From positions 1 to 22,986 of the forward strand of contig DXJF01000128.1 of assembly GCA_019057375.1 (NCBI GenBank): a stretch of 22,986 nucleotides of DNA, given 5' to 3'. Each line of letters starts with the position of its first letter. Position 1 is the first letter of the stretch. The position numbers were made by a program, and so were the translations under genes. Source of the DNA: Candidatus Heimdallarchaeota archaeon (GTDB lineage Archaea; Asgardarchaeota; Heimdallarchaeia; Heimdallarchaeales; Heimdallarchaeaceae). This document shows, piece after piece, positions 9,101-16,462 of this stretch. The notes beneath the pieces are model-generated. The model searched no databases. It was given only the letters and a program-made list of their open reading frames with translations, and was not told where the DNA came from.

Positions 9101-9888
9101 GTAACAGATATAATTACACCTTTTCGATCTGCTGCAGCTTCTATGAATTCCTGAAGCTGTACTGCTAAGCTTTCTTTTATCCCTCCAACTTTTTCAAGAA
9201 GAGCATCAAGTTGTATTTGAGTTCTATCATCATGCTCTTTTTGCAGAAAACCTAGTCTTTCCTCTATTTTTACTTTGAATGAATCATGATGTTCGCCTAT
9301 TTTGTGAATCGTAGAATCAAAAGAACTAAGAACATTCTCTTTTACTCTTTGAGCAGTTTTTGCAATAGCTTCACTGTTTGTCGCAGAAATATTGGAGGTT
9401 TCTGATTTTAGCCGTTCAATCATTTCAGCTGTTTCAGTTTTTCCTGATGAAACTACGTTTGTTAATGAATCCAAAAATTTAGTAGCAGTTGATGCAATTT
9501 CAGAGGCATGATCATCAACATTTTCTGTAATATTTACATGAAATGCTGATAATTGGGATCTAAAATTATTCATTGTTTTATTCCAATCTTCTTTTACATC
9601 ATCACTTAATGCTTTTAATTCAGTTTCTAGACGAATAGATACATCCTCTGTAAGCTTAATTTGTGGGGGGAGTGGAATGAAATATGAGGTTCCCTCTTGG
9701 TTTTTAGCTTTGATTTCTCTAATATATCCTTTGCCAGCTAAGCTATTTAGAGCACTTTGGATTGTATTTGTGGGGTGTTTGTAATATGTTTGAATTTGAC
9801 CGATGGTTCTATAACCATATTGAACAATAATTGAATAAACCTGAACTTCATCTTTCGATAAACCAATCTTTTCTAATGTTCCTTCCAT
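6115..9888 (-). CDS. Giant TrmB-like protein: N-terminal winged HTH, ~1040-aa largely hendecad helical rod, C-terminal TrmB effector/PLD-like domain
   Basis: Start likely ATG 9888 (GAAGTGA RBS, 5 nt spacing). N-terminus LEKIGLSKDEVQVYSII...SALNSLAGKGYI...YFIPLPP matches the TrmB wHTH pattern. The C-terminal ~137 aa (MWIVTGNEQV...ATVICP...LEIVT...MMATRDGIEEGFLG...NEEIVREI) match the layout of the TrmB C-terminal domain. 11-residue periodicity lies between them. Confidence 0.8.
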   Translation of the reverse strand: MEGTLEKIGLSKDEVQVYSIIVQYGYRTIGQIQTYYKHPTNTIQSALNSLAGKGYIREIKAKNQEGTSYFIPLPPQIKLTEDVSIRLETELKALSDDVKEDWNKTMNNFRSQLSAFHVNITENVDDHASEIASTATKFLDSLTNVVSSGKTETAEMIERLKSETSNISATNSEAIAKTAQRVKENVLSSFDSTIHKIGEHHDSFKVKIEERLGFLQKEHDDRTQIQLDALLEKVGGIKESLAVQLQEFIEAAADRKGVIISVTDEAVKKISADSNVVVRDSSKKLSDTVNKIIANYEKKLDEYQVKVQQILISLNDELKKLEDATTDRIRTSIDKSKETAVNILRGNENQFVDLLNKTKVDSVEKLGDLITQAEAKTEEMKVKLSNDLASYLKEFKKNSDNLLSLLNSGIEIGFNLFEENLSSSIENVSNQIKLFVEDIMTAFRESTNAYLDKLSKTTKKYEKALNERKEKFAISHEEFKENFTSHINELKATVISNIEKNVKDNNETIQNLITEKENKFKSDVEVFSDEFSKRGRDVRDEVPNVVQINYQTSLERLQELDDQLKSSIAKIEVINQAFQGLDEKQLQKVFGKEEGPRMAQLIGSMNRDIELVKENVGIKMEEMIQTLTNSMNSLSNEIFEKMNIRLEDLARFTTDTLQKTSQSFDISRSEISSQFTASSDDMKRTIEETYNTYEEQFNELQGTSTKSLADVIGAESKAFSDITKSISGSLDELLQAPDSTEDNEGQTEIHLTIQDGLEALQTTKQEILDVMKKNNIEVITNLQELLKTNIDDHSKLVTKATSSMDVTMKSLQSEFKSAKEALDTDISVTLDEAAKNYSAQTAKVETEINDLIEQEVQQFIEGTEGVLAELNVSPEKSSLLDEALAITKGELQKLGANYPKWVKTDSDSFATNLGSSIKEFQVGAQTEIDSMFTSVQRDLEKSYERMTTDFVNNATEIQNEFEKEKNDYELNMSHQVNSFITNSDSNSSALVTNIQGTKDALTEAITSGNDAVNADLSNLEKTLTDLFDSNLNSLTEKLNETQEDSKIVDTEKDDYSSKLMSFKENIIKGTQQEIENVDTSISGTLSSIPNKIGGALDATGESMKLIKSVLSLGSGIEPNPIEDMWIVTGNEQVNGTMMSLLRNTKSSATVICPRLNWIDSEFIETFARKLEIVTNTTAHTDEDKTILSKLLGMGNVVVKDDPNLTVMMATRDGIEEGFLGHKAPSGDPLLIVTFNEEIVREITKIYYDFRSRAPIRQ

Positions 9889-9902
9889 TTTAATCACTTC
9901 TT

Positions 9903-11351
9903 TTACAATTGATCTTTTATTGTTTCAAGATTCCTTTCTAGTCTTTCTAATCGACCTATGAGATCTTTTCTCAACTTTTCTGCTTGTTCTGCTTTTTTGA
10001 TATTGTCCTTTGCTTCAATTTCAAGATTAGCTACAGTCGAATCTTGTGTTTCAACAATCTTGCTTTTTGCATTCGAGGACATAGTTGAAATTTCAGCTAT
10101 AGTATCTTTTTGAGCTGAATCTATTCTTGAGGTAATTTGTTGACTTGTTCTTTCTAAGGAATCTTTTACATCAGTAATTTCCTTTTCAAGAATCGATATT
10201 CTTTCTTCTGCTGTTTTTGCAGCATTACCTTGTAGATTTTCAGATTTTTCAACAACGGTTGTTAAAATATTATCTAAATGGCTTTTAACATCGTCCTGTT
10301 CCCTTGACACAAAGGATTTTATTTCTTGCTTAATTGAATCTGATTGTTCAGAAAGAGTTGATAAAATTCCATCCACTTTATTGTTGAAATCCCCTTCAAG
10401 CTCTTTAAGTTCAGAACCATGTTCATTATATTGTTTATTTGTTAAATTATCATAAGATCCTAGCATTGATTCCTTAGATGAATTGAAATTTGACATAGCT
10501 ACTTCATTAACATCAATCATTCCAGTTTCATATTCTGCTAAAACGTCTTGTACTTTTGCAATTTCATCAACAAGATACTTGTCCATGGAATCGGTTACAT
10601 CAGATAATTCAGATTGAATTCTTTGAACTGCGTTATTAACAAGCTGTCCTAATTCACTTTTTATTCGATTAAAGCTTTCAAAGACAGATTCCATGTTTTC
10701 AGTTAACTTATCACCATATTCTGATCTTAAATGTTCTATAGATTCTTTCATGATGTTTTGAGCAATATTAATGTTAGATTCAATCTTTGCTCTCATATCT
10801 TCTGAATTGTTCTTGAAGGTTGAAAGATTATTTCCCTTTACAGTACTGACATCTTCTTTTACACTATCAATTGCTTTTCTAAAAGCATTGACTTGATTGT
10901 TTGCTAATCGTTCTAAATCTTGTTCATGGTTTGTAAGAGTGGTTCTTATTTTTTCACCAAATGAAGAAGAATACTCCACAAAATTGGTTCTTCCTTCGTC
11001 TAAAATAGAAGCAATAGATTCTTGTAGTTTAGATAATTCATTTTTTGTATTGTCTAACTTCGATATTACAGATTCTGATTGACTTTTAGTCCATTCATCA
11101 ATTAGTTTTTTATCTTCAGATACATTTGCTTCAATAATTTCATCTAATGACTGTCTATTTGTGTCAATTAAATTGCGTAAATTCTCATTCAAACCAATAA
11201 ACTTGTTTTGAACTAAAGTTGCTAGAATTTGATAAAATTGATGTAATTCCTTCAAGTTTTCTAGAGATTCTTTAAAATTTACAATCTCTCCATCTAAATT
11301 TTCAATTTCCCTTTTTACTTTTTCTAAATCTTTTGTTATTCTTTCTGACAT
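9903..11351 (-). CDS. All-helical hendecad-repeat (coiled-coil or apolipoprotein-like) protein
   Basis: Start likely ATG 11351 (AGGTGA RBS overlapping the upstream TAG). No Pro or Cys in the whole protein; 32 consecutive 11-mers. Confidence 0.8.
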   Translation of the reverse strand: MSERITKDLEKVKREIENLDGEIVNFKESLENLKELHQFYQILATLVQNKFIGLNENLRNLIDTNRQSLDEIIEANVSEDKKLIDEWTKSQSESVISKLDNTKNELSKLQESIASILDEGRTNFVEYSSSFGEKIRTTLTNHEQDLERLANNQVNAFRKAIDSVKEDVSTVKGNNLSTFKNNSEDMRAKIESNINIAQNIMKESIEHLRSEYGDKLTENMESVFESFNRIKSELGQLVNNAVQRIQSELSDVTDSMDKYLVDEIAKVQDVLAEYETGMIDVNEVAMSNFNSSKESMLGSYDNLTNKQYNEHGSELKELEGDFNNKVDGILSTLSEQSDSIKQEIKSFVSREQDDVKSHLDNILTTVVEKSENLQGNAAKTAEERISILEKEITDVKDSLERTSQQITSRIDSAQKDTIAEISTMSSNAKSKIVETQDSTVANLEIEAKDNIKKAEQAEKLRKDLIGRLERLERNLETIKDQL

Positions 11352-11360
11352 CTTACTCAC

Positions 11361-13124
11361 CTAAAAATCCAATTCTTTTTCGATATTTTCAATAGAAATT
11401 TCTTCTACTTCTTTTGGCTCAGGTTCATCTAAAGGAATCTGTATTTCCTCTTCTCTCCCGTAAATCATATTTGTAAAATAATTGTGATGTATGCTTTCCT
11501 TTTCAAACATCTCAACTGCTTTTTTCCTAATTCTTTCGAAGTTAGTTTTGTCCCCAATATTCTTATAACAATCAAGGCTTGATTTCAAGTAACCTCGTAT
11601 TGCGTATTCACTTTTTTCCACAGGCAGTGTTACTGATAGTTTTTCAAATTGATCTGCAGCTCTTGCATATGATCTATTTGCTTTAAGTTCTTCTTCAACT
11701 GCTTTGTAATAAGAGGCAGATTTTAGGTAAAGTCTAGCTGCAAAATAAAAGTTCTTTTCTTCGAATTCTCTTGCGATCTTTTCGCAGAATGCTCCTGCTT
11801 GCTCCAATTCATTAATTTGCTCAAATTGTTGAGTATTAATCAAAGTTAAATCATATGCCTTTTGATATATTTTTCTCTCAATACATATATTAGCGATTTT
11901 TTGAATTTTTGAAGCTACTGCAAAATCAGCAAGTCTGTCTCTAATTTTAACTGATAAGTTCCCGACTTTTTCTATAATCTTATCTGTTGGGGAGATGTAT
12001 TTACTCAAATCCTCTAGAATGGAATCAAGTGTAACCATCAGTGAGGTAAGGGGACTGAATAATCTCATTCGAAACTTCATTGCTGTTAATAGGGATTCTT
12101 GCACCAAACGAGCATGTGTTGAACCAATCCACAAAAAACCTTTTTCTTCAAGTGACTTGAGAGCTTCAAGGGGGACATATGCAGTTAATTGTTCAATCAA
12201 GAAAAGATTTTCATTGAATGAAGCCATTTCTGATAAGACAGACTCTTCTTCATCTGTTAGACTAAAGACCTTAGGAATATTTCTTTCAACAAAATCATCG
12301 ATTTCAAATCCAGATTTGATAAAGAAGTTACCTAAGTTTAGATCAAAGAAAGTTCTTTGACTATTATTAACAAGTTCTAAAATCCCTTTATTCACAAGTT
12401 GAGGTGCAATTCGCCGAAGATAAATCTCAGTATCTGAAACAGATAGAGGTTCTATACTAAAAATCTTTGAATTGTCTGTTAAATTCTTTTCATAGTCAAA
12501 ATCAAAAAGATATTGCTTTGTTAAAGCAGAGATAACTACAATGTTGTATCCTCTAATAGATATTTCCTTGATTATCGTTGAGAAGATTGGGTAAAATTCT
12601 TGAATATCCATCAATTTGAATAAATGAATATTATCTACAAAGAAATACAGAGTTGTTTGAGTCTCCTGTAGCTTTTGATTAACTTTATCTAGATTCTCGA
12701 AAAACAAATTGACATAAATCTCAGTATAGGTCTGGGAAGTTTGTTTCTTGATGTTCTCTTTGAGGGCAGGAAGATCATCACCTAATTTCTTTTTTCCCAC
12801 TTTTTCAAGAACTGAACGCCAAGCTGGAGATATTTCATCAATCATATTTTTCCATTCTTTGAAGAACCCTAGCAAATCTTTTTCTTCAGGAACTAAATCA
12901 AACATATGGAAAATATCTTTTCTTACTGATATAGAAGAAGATAATTTTCTTAAAAGAGAACTTTTTCCTGCTCCTTCATCACCAACTAGTAGTATGGAAT
13001 GAGTTTTTTTTCCTTCTTTCTTCATGTCTTCTTTAATCTGATTAAAGTCTTTGATAATATCTCTCAACCCATAAAAATCGTCAGGATTGCAAGGTAGGAA
13101 AAGGTTTGAATCTTGAGTACTCAT
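11361..13124 (-). CDS. P-loop ATPase (archaeal ATPase/STAND-like) with C-terminal TPR/alpha-SNAP-like helical repeats
   Basis: N-terminal PDDFYGL (compare P..F.GR), Walker A LLVGDEGAGKSS, Walker B-like YFFVDNIH, and C-terminal A..Y..AA-type repeats. GTGAGGT RBS at 13134-13128. Confidence 0.75.
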   Translation of the reverse strand: MSTQDSNLFLPCNPDDFYGLRDIIKDFNQIKEDMKKEGKKTHSILLVGDEGAGKSSLLRKLSSSISVRKDIFHMFDLVPEEKDLLGFFKEWKNMIDEISPAWRSVLEKVGKKKLGDDLPALKENIKKQTSQTYTEIYVNLFFENLDKVNQKLQETQTTLYFFVDNIHLFKLMDIQEFYPIFSTIIKEISIRGYNIVVISALTKQYLFDFDYEKNLTDNSKIFSIEPLSVSDTEIYLRRIAPQLVNKGILELVNNSQRTFFDLNLGNFFIKSGFEIDDFVERNIPKVFSLTDEEESVLSEMASFNENLFLIEQLTAYVPLEALKSLEEKGFLWIGSTHARLVQESLLTAMKFRMRLFSPLTSLMVTLDSILEDLSKYISPTDKIIEKVGNLSVKIRDRLADFAVASKIQKIANICIERKIYQKAYDLTLINTQQFEQINELEQAGAFCEKIAREFEEKNFYFAARLYLKSASYYKAVEEELKANRSYARAADQFEKLSVTLPVEKSEYAIRGYLKSSLDCYKNIGDKTNFERIRKKAVEMFEKESIHHNYFTNMIYGREEEIQIPLDEPEPKEVEEISIENIEKELDF

Positions 13125-13177
13125 ATGACCTCACGTTATATTTCATTCTATTGATATTAACCATATCTTATAAAATC

Positions 13178-13191
13178 TATGAATGTTCATA
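13178..13191. promoter_or_regulatory. Palindrome TATGAA-tg-TTCATA in the divergent promoter region (candidate operator)
   Basis: Perfect 6-bp inverted repeat ~55 bp upstream of the ATPase start. Confidence 0.3.
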
Positions 13192-13255
13192 ATATCCACT
13201 AACACTAGATTTTTTATCAAAAATAACTCTGTTGAAATGCATTCTTAAAGTATAT

Positions 13256-13269
13256 CTTACTTGTAAGTA
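13256..13269. promoter_or_regulatory. Overlapping palindromes CTTAC-tt-GTAAG and TACTT-gt-AAGTA (candidate operator)
   Basis: Two 5-bp inverted repeats at 13256-13267 and 13258-13269 in the same divergent intergenic region. Confidence 0.25.
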
Positions 13270-13343
13270 GAAAACATTAAAAGTGTAAATGATAGATGTA
13301 GCATGACTCAAACGCAGAGGTGTAAATATGATAGGTGAACGTT

Positions 13344-13754
13344 TTGTTAAATCCAGCGGAACTGGAAAGCTTAGATTACTTAGAAGAAGGGATGGCCTTT
13401 GCTCAAGAGAGGATAAGGAAACTTGAAAAAGATAACTTATTTTTGTTTGATTTACTTAATCAGAGTTTAATCATTTTGTTTGATCAATTAAATGATAAAC
13501 AGAAAGGAATTTTCTTTGAAAGTTATAATCTAATAGAAAGAAGAAAAACATCTCTAAACCGTTTAGCAGAAAAAATTTCAACAAAGTTGGATATTTCCTT
13601 CTCGACAGCTAAATGGAATATAACTAAACTCAGAGATTTAGGCTTCTTTGAAACTATTGGTATGAGAGGTAACACAAAAACCACTCTAATATCAACAATT
13701 ATAGGTGACACACTTTATTCCACTCTAGGGCAAATCAAAAACAAAAATCGGTAA
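13344..13754 (+). CDS. Winged-HTH putative transcriptional regulator
   Basis: C-terminal SLNRLAEKIS...ISFSTAKWNITKLRDLGFFE is HTH-plus-wing-like, and the N-terminus is helical. Start is probably TTG 13344 (GGTGA at 13334-13338); GTG 13335 or ATG 13392 are alternatives. Confidence 0.65.
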   Translation: MLNPAELESLDYLEEGMAFAQERIRKLEKDNLFLFDLLNQSLIILFDQLNDKQKGIFFESYNLIERRKTSLNRLAEKISTKLDISFSTAKWNITKLRDLGFFETIGMRGNTKTTLISTIIGDTLYSTLGQIKNKNR

Positions 13755-13811
13755 AAACACAAACAATAAATGAGAGATTTTATTCTCAGAATATAATAAG
13801 GTAGAGAAGCA

Positions 13812-14732
13812 ATGAATGAATCATTCGAGAAGTATAAAGAATCTGGACATATCTTAGCAAAGACTCTCGAATATGCTAAAAGCTTAATAAAACCTGGGAT
13901 AAAACTATTGGACATTGCAGAAAAAACTGAAGACTATATCCGAGGACAATCTGCAGTTCCAGCTTTTCCTGTAAACATTTCCATAAATGAAATCGCTGCA
14001 CATTATTCTCCAAGAATAGAAGACGATAGTATTATACCAGAAGCATCTATTGTAAAAATTGATGCTGGTGTCTCTGTTGATGGATATCTTACAGACGCAG
14101 CAAGAACTTTAGTTTTTGATGAAAAATGGCTACCAATGAAAAATCTTGCTAGAAAAGCTCTCAATTCTGCCTTAAATGCTGTTAAGGTTAATGAAAGCGT
14201 TTTTAGAATCGGAGAAATTGTTCAAAAAACTGTAGAAGACGAAGGTTTCAAACCCATTGTGAATTTAAGTGGGCATTCACTCGCTTATTATTCTCTACAT
14301 GATGGTATTTCTATTCCCAATTACAGTGTATCTAAAGAAGCTAGAGATTCTTCACATATATTCAAATTAGGCAAAGCTTACGCAATTGAACCTTTTGTTA
14401 CTCCTGGAATAGGGAGAGTAGTTGATACTGATCAAGAAACAATTTTCAGACATTATAAAAAAATAGATGCATCATCACTATCAAGCCAATTCAGAGAAAT
14501 CTACAGGTTTATTGATGATAACTTCAATGGATTGCCCTTCAGTTGGAGATGGGTTTACAATGCTGGCTACTCAAAAGAAAAAATACAGAGAGTAAAGAAT
14601 TTTCTACTAAAACGCAATATTGTTCATGGATATCCTGTGCTGATTGAAGCTACAGATGCTCCTGTAACACAAGAAGAAGAAACTGTGTACATAGGTGAGG
14701 ACAAAGTACATATCCTGACAAAAAGTAAATAG
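13812..14732 (+). CDS. map: Methionine aminopeptidase, type 2 (archaeal/eukaryotic)
   Basis: Motifs AFPVNISINEIAAHYSP, KIDAGVSVDGYLTDAA, NLSGHSL...LH, AIEPF, the type-2 helical insert, and YPVL.E...Q.EETV. Metal ligands are retained. Confidence 0.92.
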   Translation: MNESFEKYKESGHILAKTLEYAKSLIKPGIKLLDIAEKTEDYIRGQSAVPAFPVNISINEIAAHYSPRIEDDSIIPEASIVKIDAGVSVDGYLTDAARTLVFDEKWLPMKNLARKALNSALNAVKVNESVFRIGEIVQKTVEDEGFKPIVNLSGHSLAYYSLHDGISIPNYSVSKEARDSSHIFKLGKAYAIEPFVTPGIGRVVDTDQETIFRHYKKIDASSLSSQFREIYRFIDDNFNGLPFSWRWVYNAGYSKEKIQRVKNFLLKRNIVHGYPVLIEATDAPVTQEEETVYIGEDKVHILTKSK

Positions 14733-14747
14733 AAAAAGAAATGAGCT

Positions 14748-15932
14748 TTAAATTATCAGATCTTCAAGTTCTCTTGGATAAGGAGTTATTAGTTCAGAAC
14801 CATCTTCAGTTATTATCACAGTGTCAGAGTGTCTAAAACCTCCAAACTTATACTCATATATTCCAGGTTCGCATGTAAAAACCATCCCTGGTTTCATACT
14901 CTCTTCGACTCCTATATCTAAGAAAGGTGCTTCATGTCCTTCAAGTCCAATTGCATGTCCAGTGTGATGTTGAACAAGATGGAATACACCTTCATCTTTG
15001 AGGACTTTTCTTGCAGCTCTATCTACTTTACTACATGGAATATGAGGTTTAAACGCATCTAACGCAGCATCTTGTGATTTTTTCATTGCATCATAGTACC
15101 TTTTCTGTTTCTCGTTAGGTGGACCAATAAACATTGTTCTCTCCAATTCAGAATGATATCCCGAAACATTCGCAGACGCACCAGTAACCAGAACATCTCC
15201 CTTTTTGAATATAGTTTTTTGAATTATAGAATGGGGTATAGCTGACCATTCTCCAATTTGTCCCCTATATCCAGCCCCAGCTGGAAGTAATCCTCTTGGA
15301 ATGAATCCTTCTAAATCCTCAAGCATTTTTTCAGATGCTTCCATGCAAGCTTTTAAAGAAACTTCTACTTCATTTTTACCTTCTGCAGTATAATCTTGTA
15401 ACAAATGATGAGCCAAATCACCGTACTTGGCTGAGATCTTAATTAAACGGAGCTCTTCTTCATCCTTTATTTTTCTCATATCTCCGATTAGATTCGAGTG
15501 TAACTCTGTTATAGCTTTTTCTTTGAGCAGATCTGTTAGTTTGGGTCCTTCGTATCCCCAATAACTTGAAAATGATGAGGATTCCAGCCCAATTTTTGCA
15601 TTTGTAACTTTTCTTTCTTCAAGTCTATCAATAAAGACATTTGCTGGATGTTTTTCATCAGGATATTCAAAATAAATCTCTCTTTCTACCCAAGGAATTT
15701 TCTCAATAAGATGTTCTTTTTCTAATCGAGGAACGTAAAACCAAGGTTCTTGAGAACGAGGGAGAACAAGGCAAATTGGTCTTTCAGTTGGAATAAAGTG
15801 ATAACCTGTTAAATAATAAATTGATAATGGACTAAAGAAAATCATTGAACCAAGTTCTTTTTGATCCATGAAATCCTTGACTCTTTCAACTCGTCTAAGA
15901 TGGTTTTCTTTTGATATTGAATACTTATTCAT
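14748..15932 (-). CDS. M24-family (Xaa-Pro peptidase/creatinase fold) hydrolase with non-canonical metal site
   Basis: Creatinase/prolidase N-domain followed by a pita-bread domain: GYHSELERT, HHTGHAIGLEGHE, EPGIY and GGFRHSDTVII. Confidence 0.85.
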   Translation of the reverse strand: MNKYSISKENHLRRVERVKDFMDQKELGSMIFFSPLSIYYLTGYHFIPTERPICLVLPRSQEPWFYVPRLEKEHLIEKIPWVEREIYFEYPDEKHPANVFIDRLEERKVTNAKIGLESSSFSSYWGYEGPKLTDLLKEKAITELHSNLIGDMRKIKDEEELRLIKISAKYGDLAHHLLQDYTAEGKNEVEVSLKACMEASEKMLEDLEGFIPRGLLPAGAGYRGQIGEWSAIPHSIIQKTIFKKGDVLVTGASANVSGYHSELERTMFIGPPNEKQKRYYDAMKKSQDAALDAFKPHIPCSKVDRAARKVLKDEGVFHLVQHHTGHAIGLEGHEAPFLDIGVEESMKPGMVFTCEPGIYEYKFGGFRHSDTVIITEDGSELITPYPRELEDLII

Positions 15933-16009
15933 GTTTCTTCTTCTTCTTTATAATGTTAAAACCTTTTTCCCACTCCAACTGGATTTAAGCTAAAATCATC
16001 TATATTATT

Positions 16010-16459
16010 TCAGGAAAATCCAATAACTGTACTTGTGGGAAGTCTTTTTCTTATTTGTATCAAATCTGGTTTATAAAGGTAAATATCCTTAGAGGCTAAC
16101 TGTTTCTCCAGAAATTTATTCCAATCAATTTCTATCTTCTCTAATGTTTTAAGAACTAAATATTGTTCAATTAATTCCCCAGAAATAACATAAGTTCCTT
16201 GTCCAATATCTCTCCTTCTTATAATTAAAATTGGAAGGTGAACTGATGAAATCATGTCTTGAGGACATAGAGACTGTAATAACTTTATTTCTTTTTTATC
16301 AATGTAAAACTGATTATTTTCTCTACTAACGTAATAATTGTATCCTTTAAGAGCTTGTTCAAGAGTAACTCTCTTCTTCGGAAGATGCATATTAATTGAG
16401 TCAATTTCATGCTTAAGGAAATTAGATAATTTATCATCAAATCCCAAGAAATTCACCAT
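16010..16459 (-). CDS. DUF61 (UPF0216) family protein
   Basis: EIDSINMHLPKKRVTLEQAL...YIDKKEIKLL...HLPILI matches the archaeal DUF61 pattern. Confidence 0.75.
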   Translation of the reverse strand: MVNFLGFDDKLSNFLKHEIDSINMHLPKKRVTLEQALKGYNYYVSRENNQFYIDKKEIKLLQSLCPQDMISSVHLPILIIRRRDIGQGTYVISGELIEQYLVLKTLEKIEIDWNKFLEKQLASKDIYLYKPDLIQIRKRLPTSTVIGFS

Positions 16460-16462
16460 CGA

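Noticed and set aside
6115-9897. Calling the 1260-aa coiled-coil protein SMC/Rad50 or a chemoreceptor
   Set aside because: No Walker A/B, LSGG signature or CxxC hook, and no TM segments or conserved MCP hairpin tip. The termini are TrmB-like.
13125-13334. Thermococcales TrmB/TGM operator (TATCAC-N5-GTGATA)
   Set aside because: The motif was not found in the intergenic region.
13317-13426. Frameshifted or upstream ORF from ATG 13328 with a GAGGTG RBS
   Set aside because: It gives only 32 codons. An in-frame TTG at 13344 with a well-spaced GGTGA explains the wHTH gene without a frameshift.
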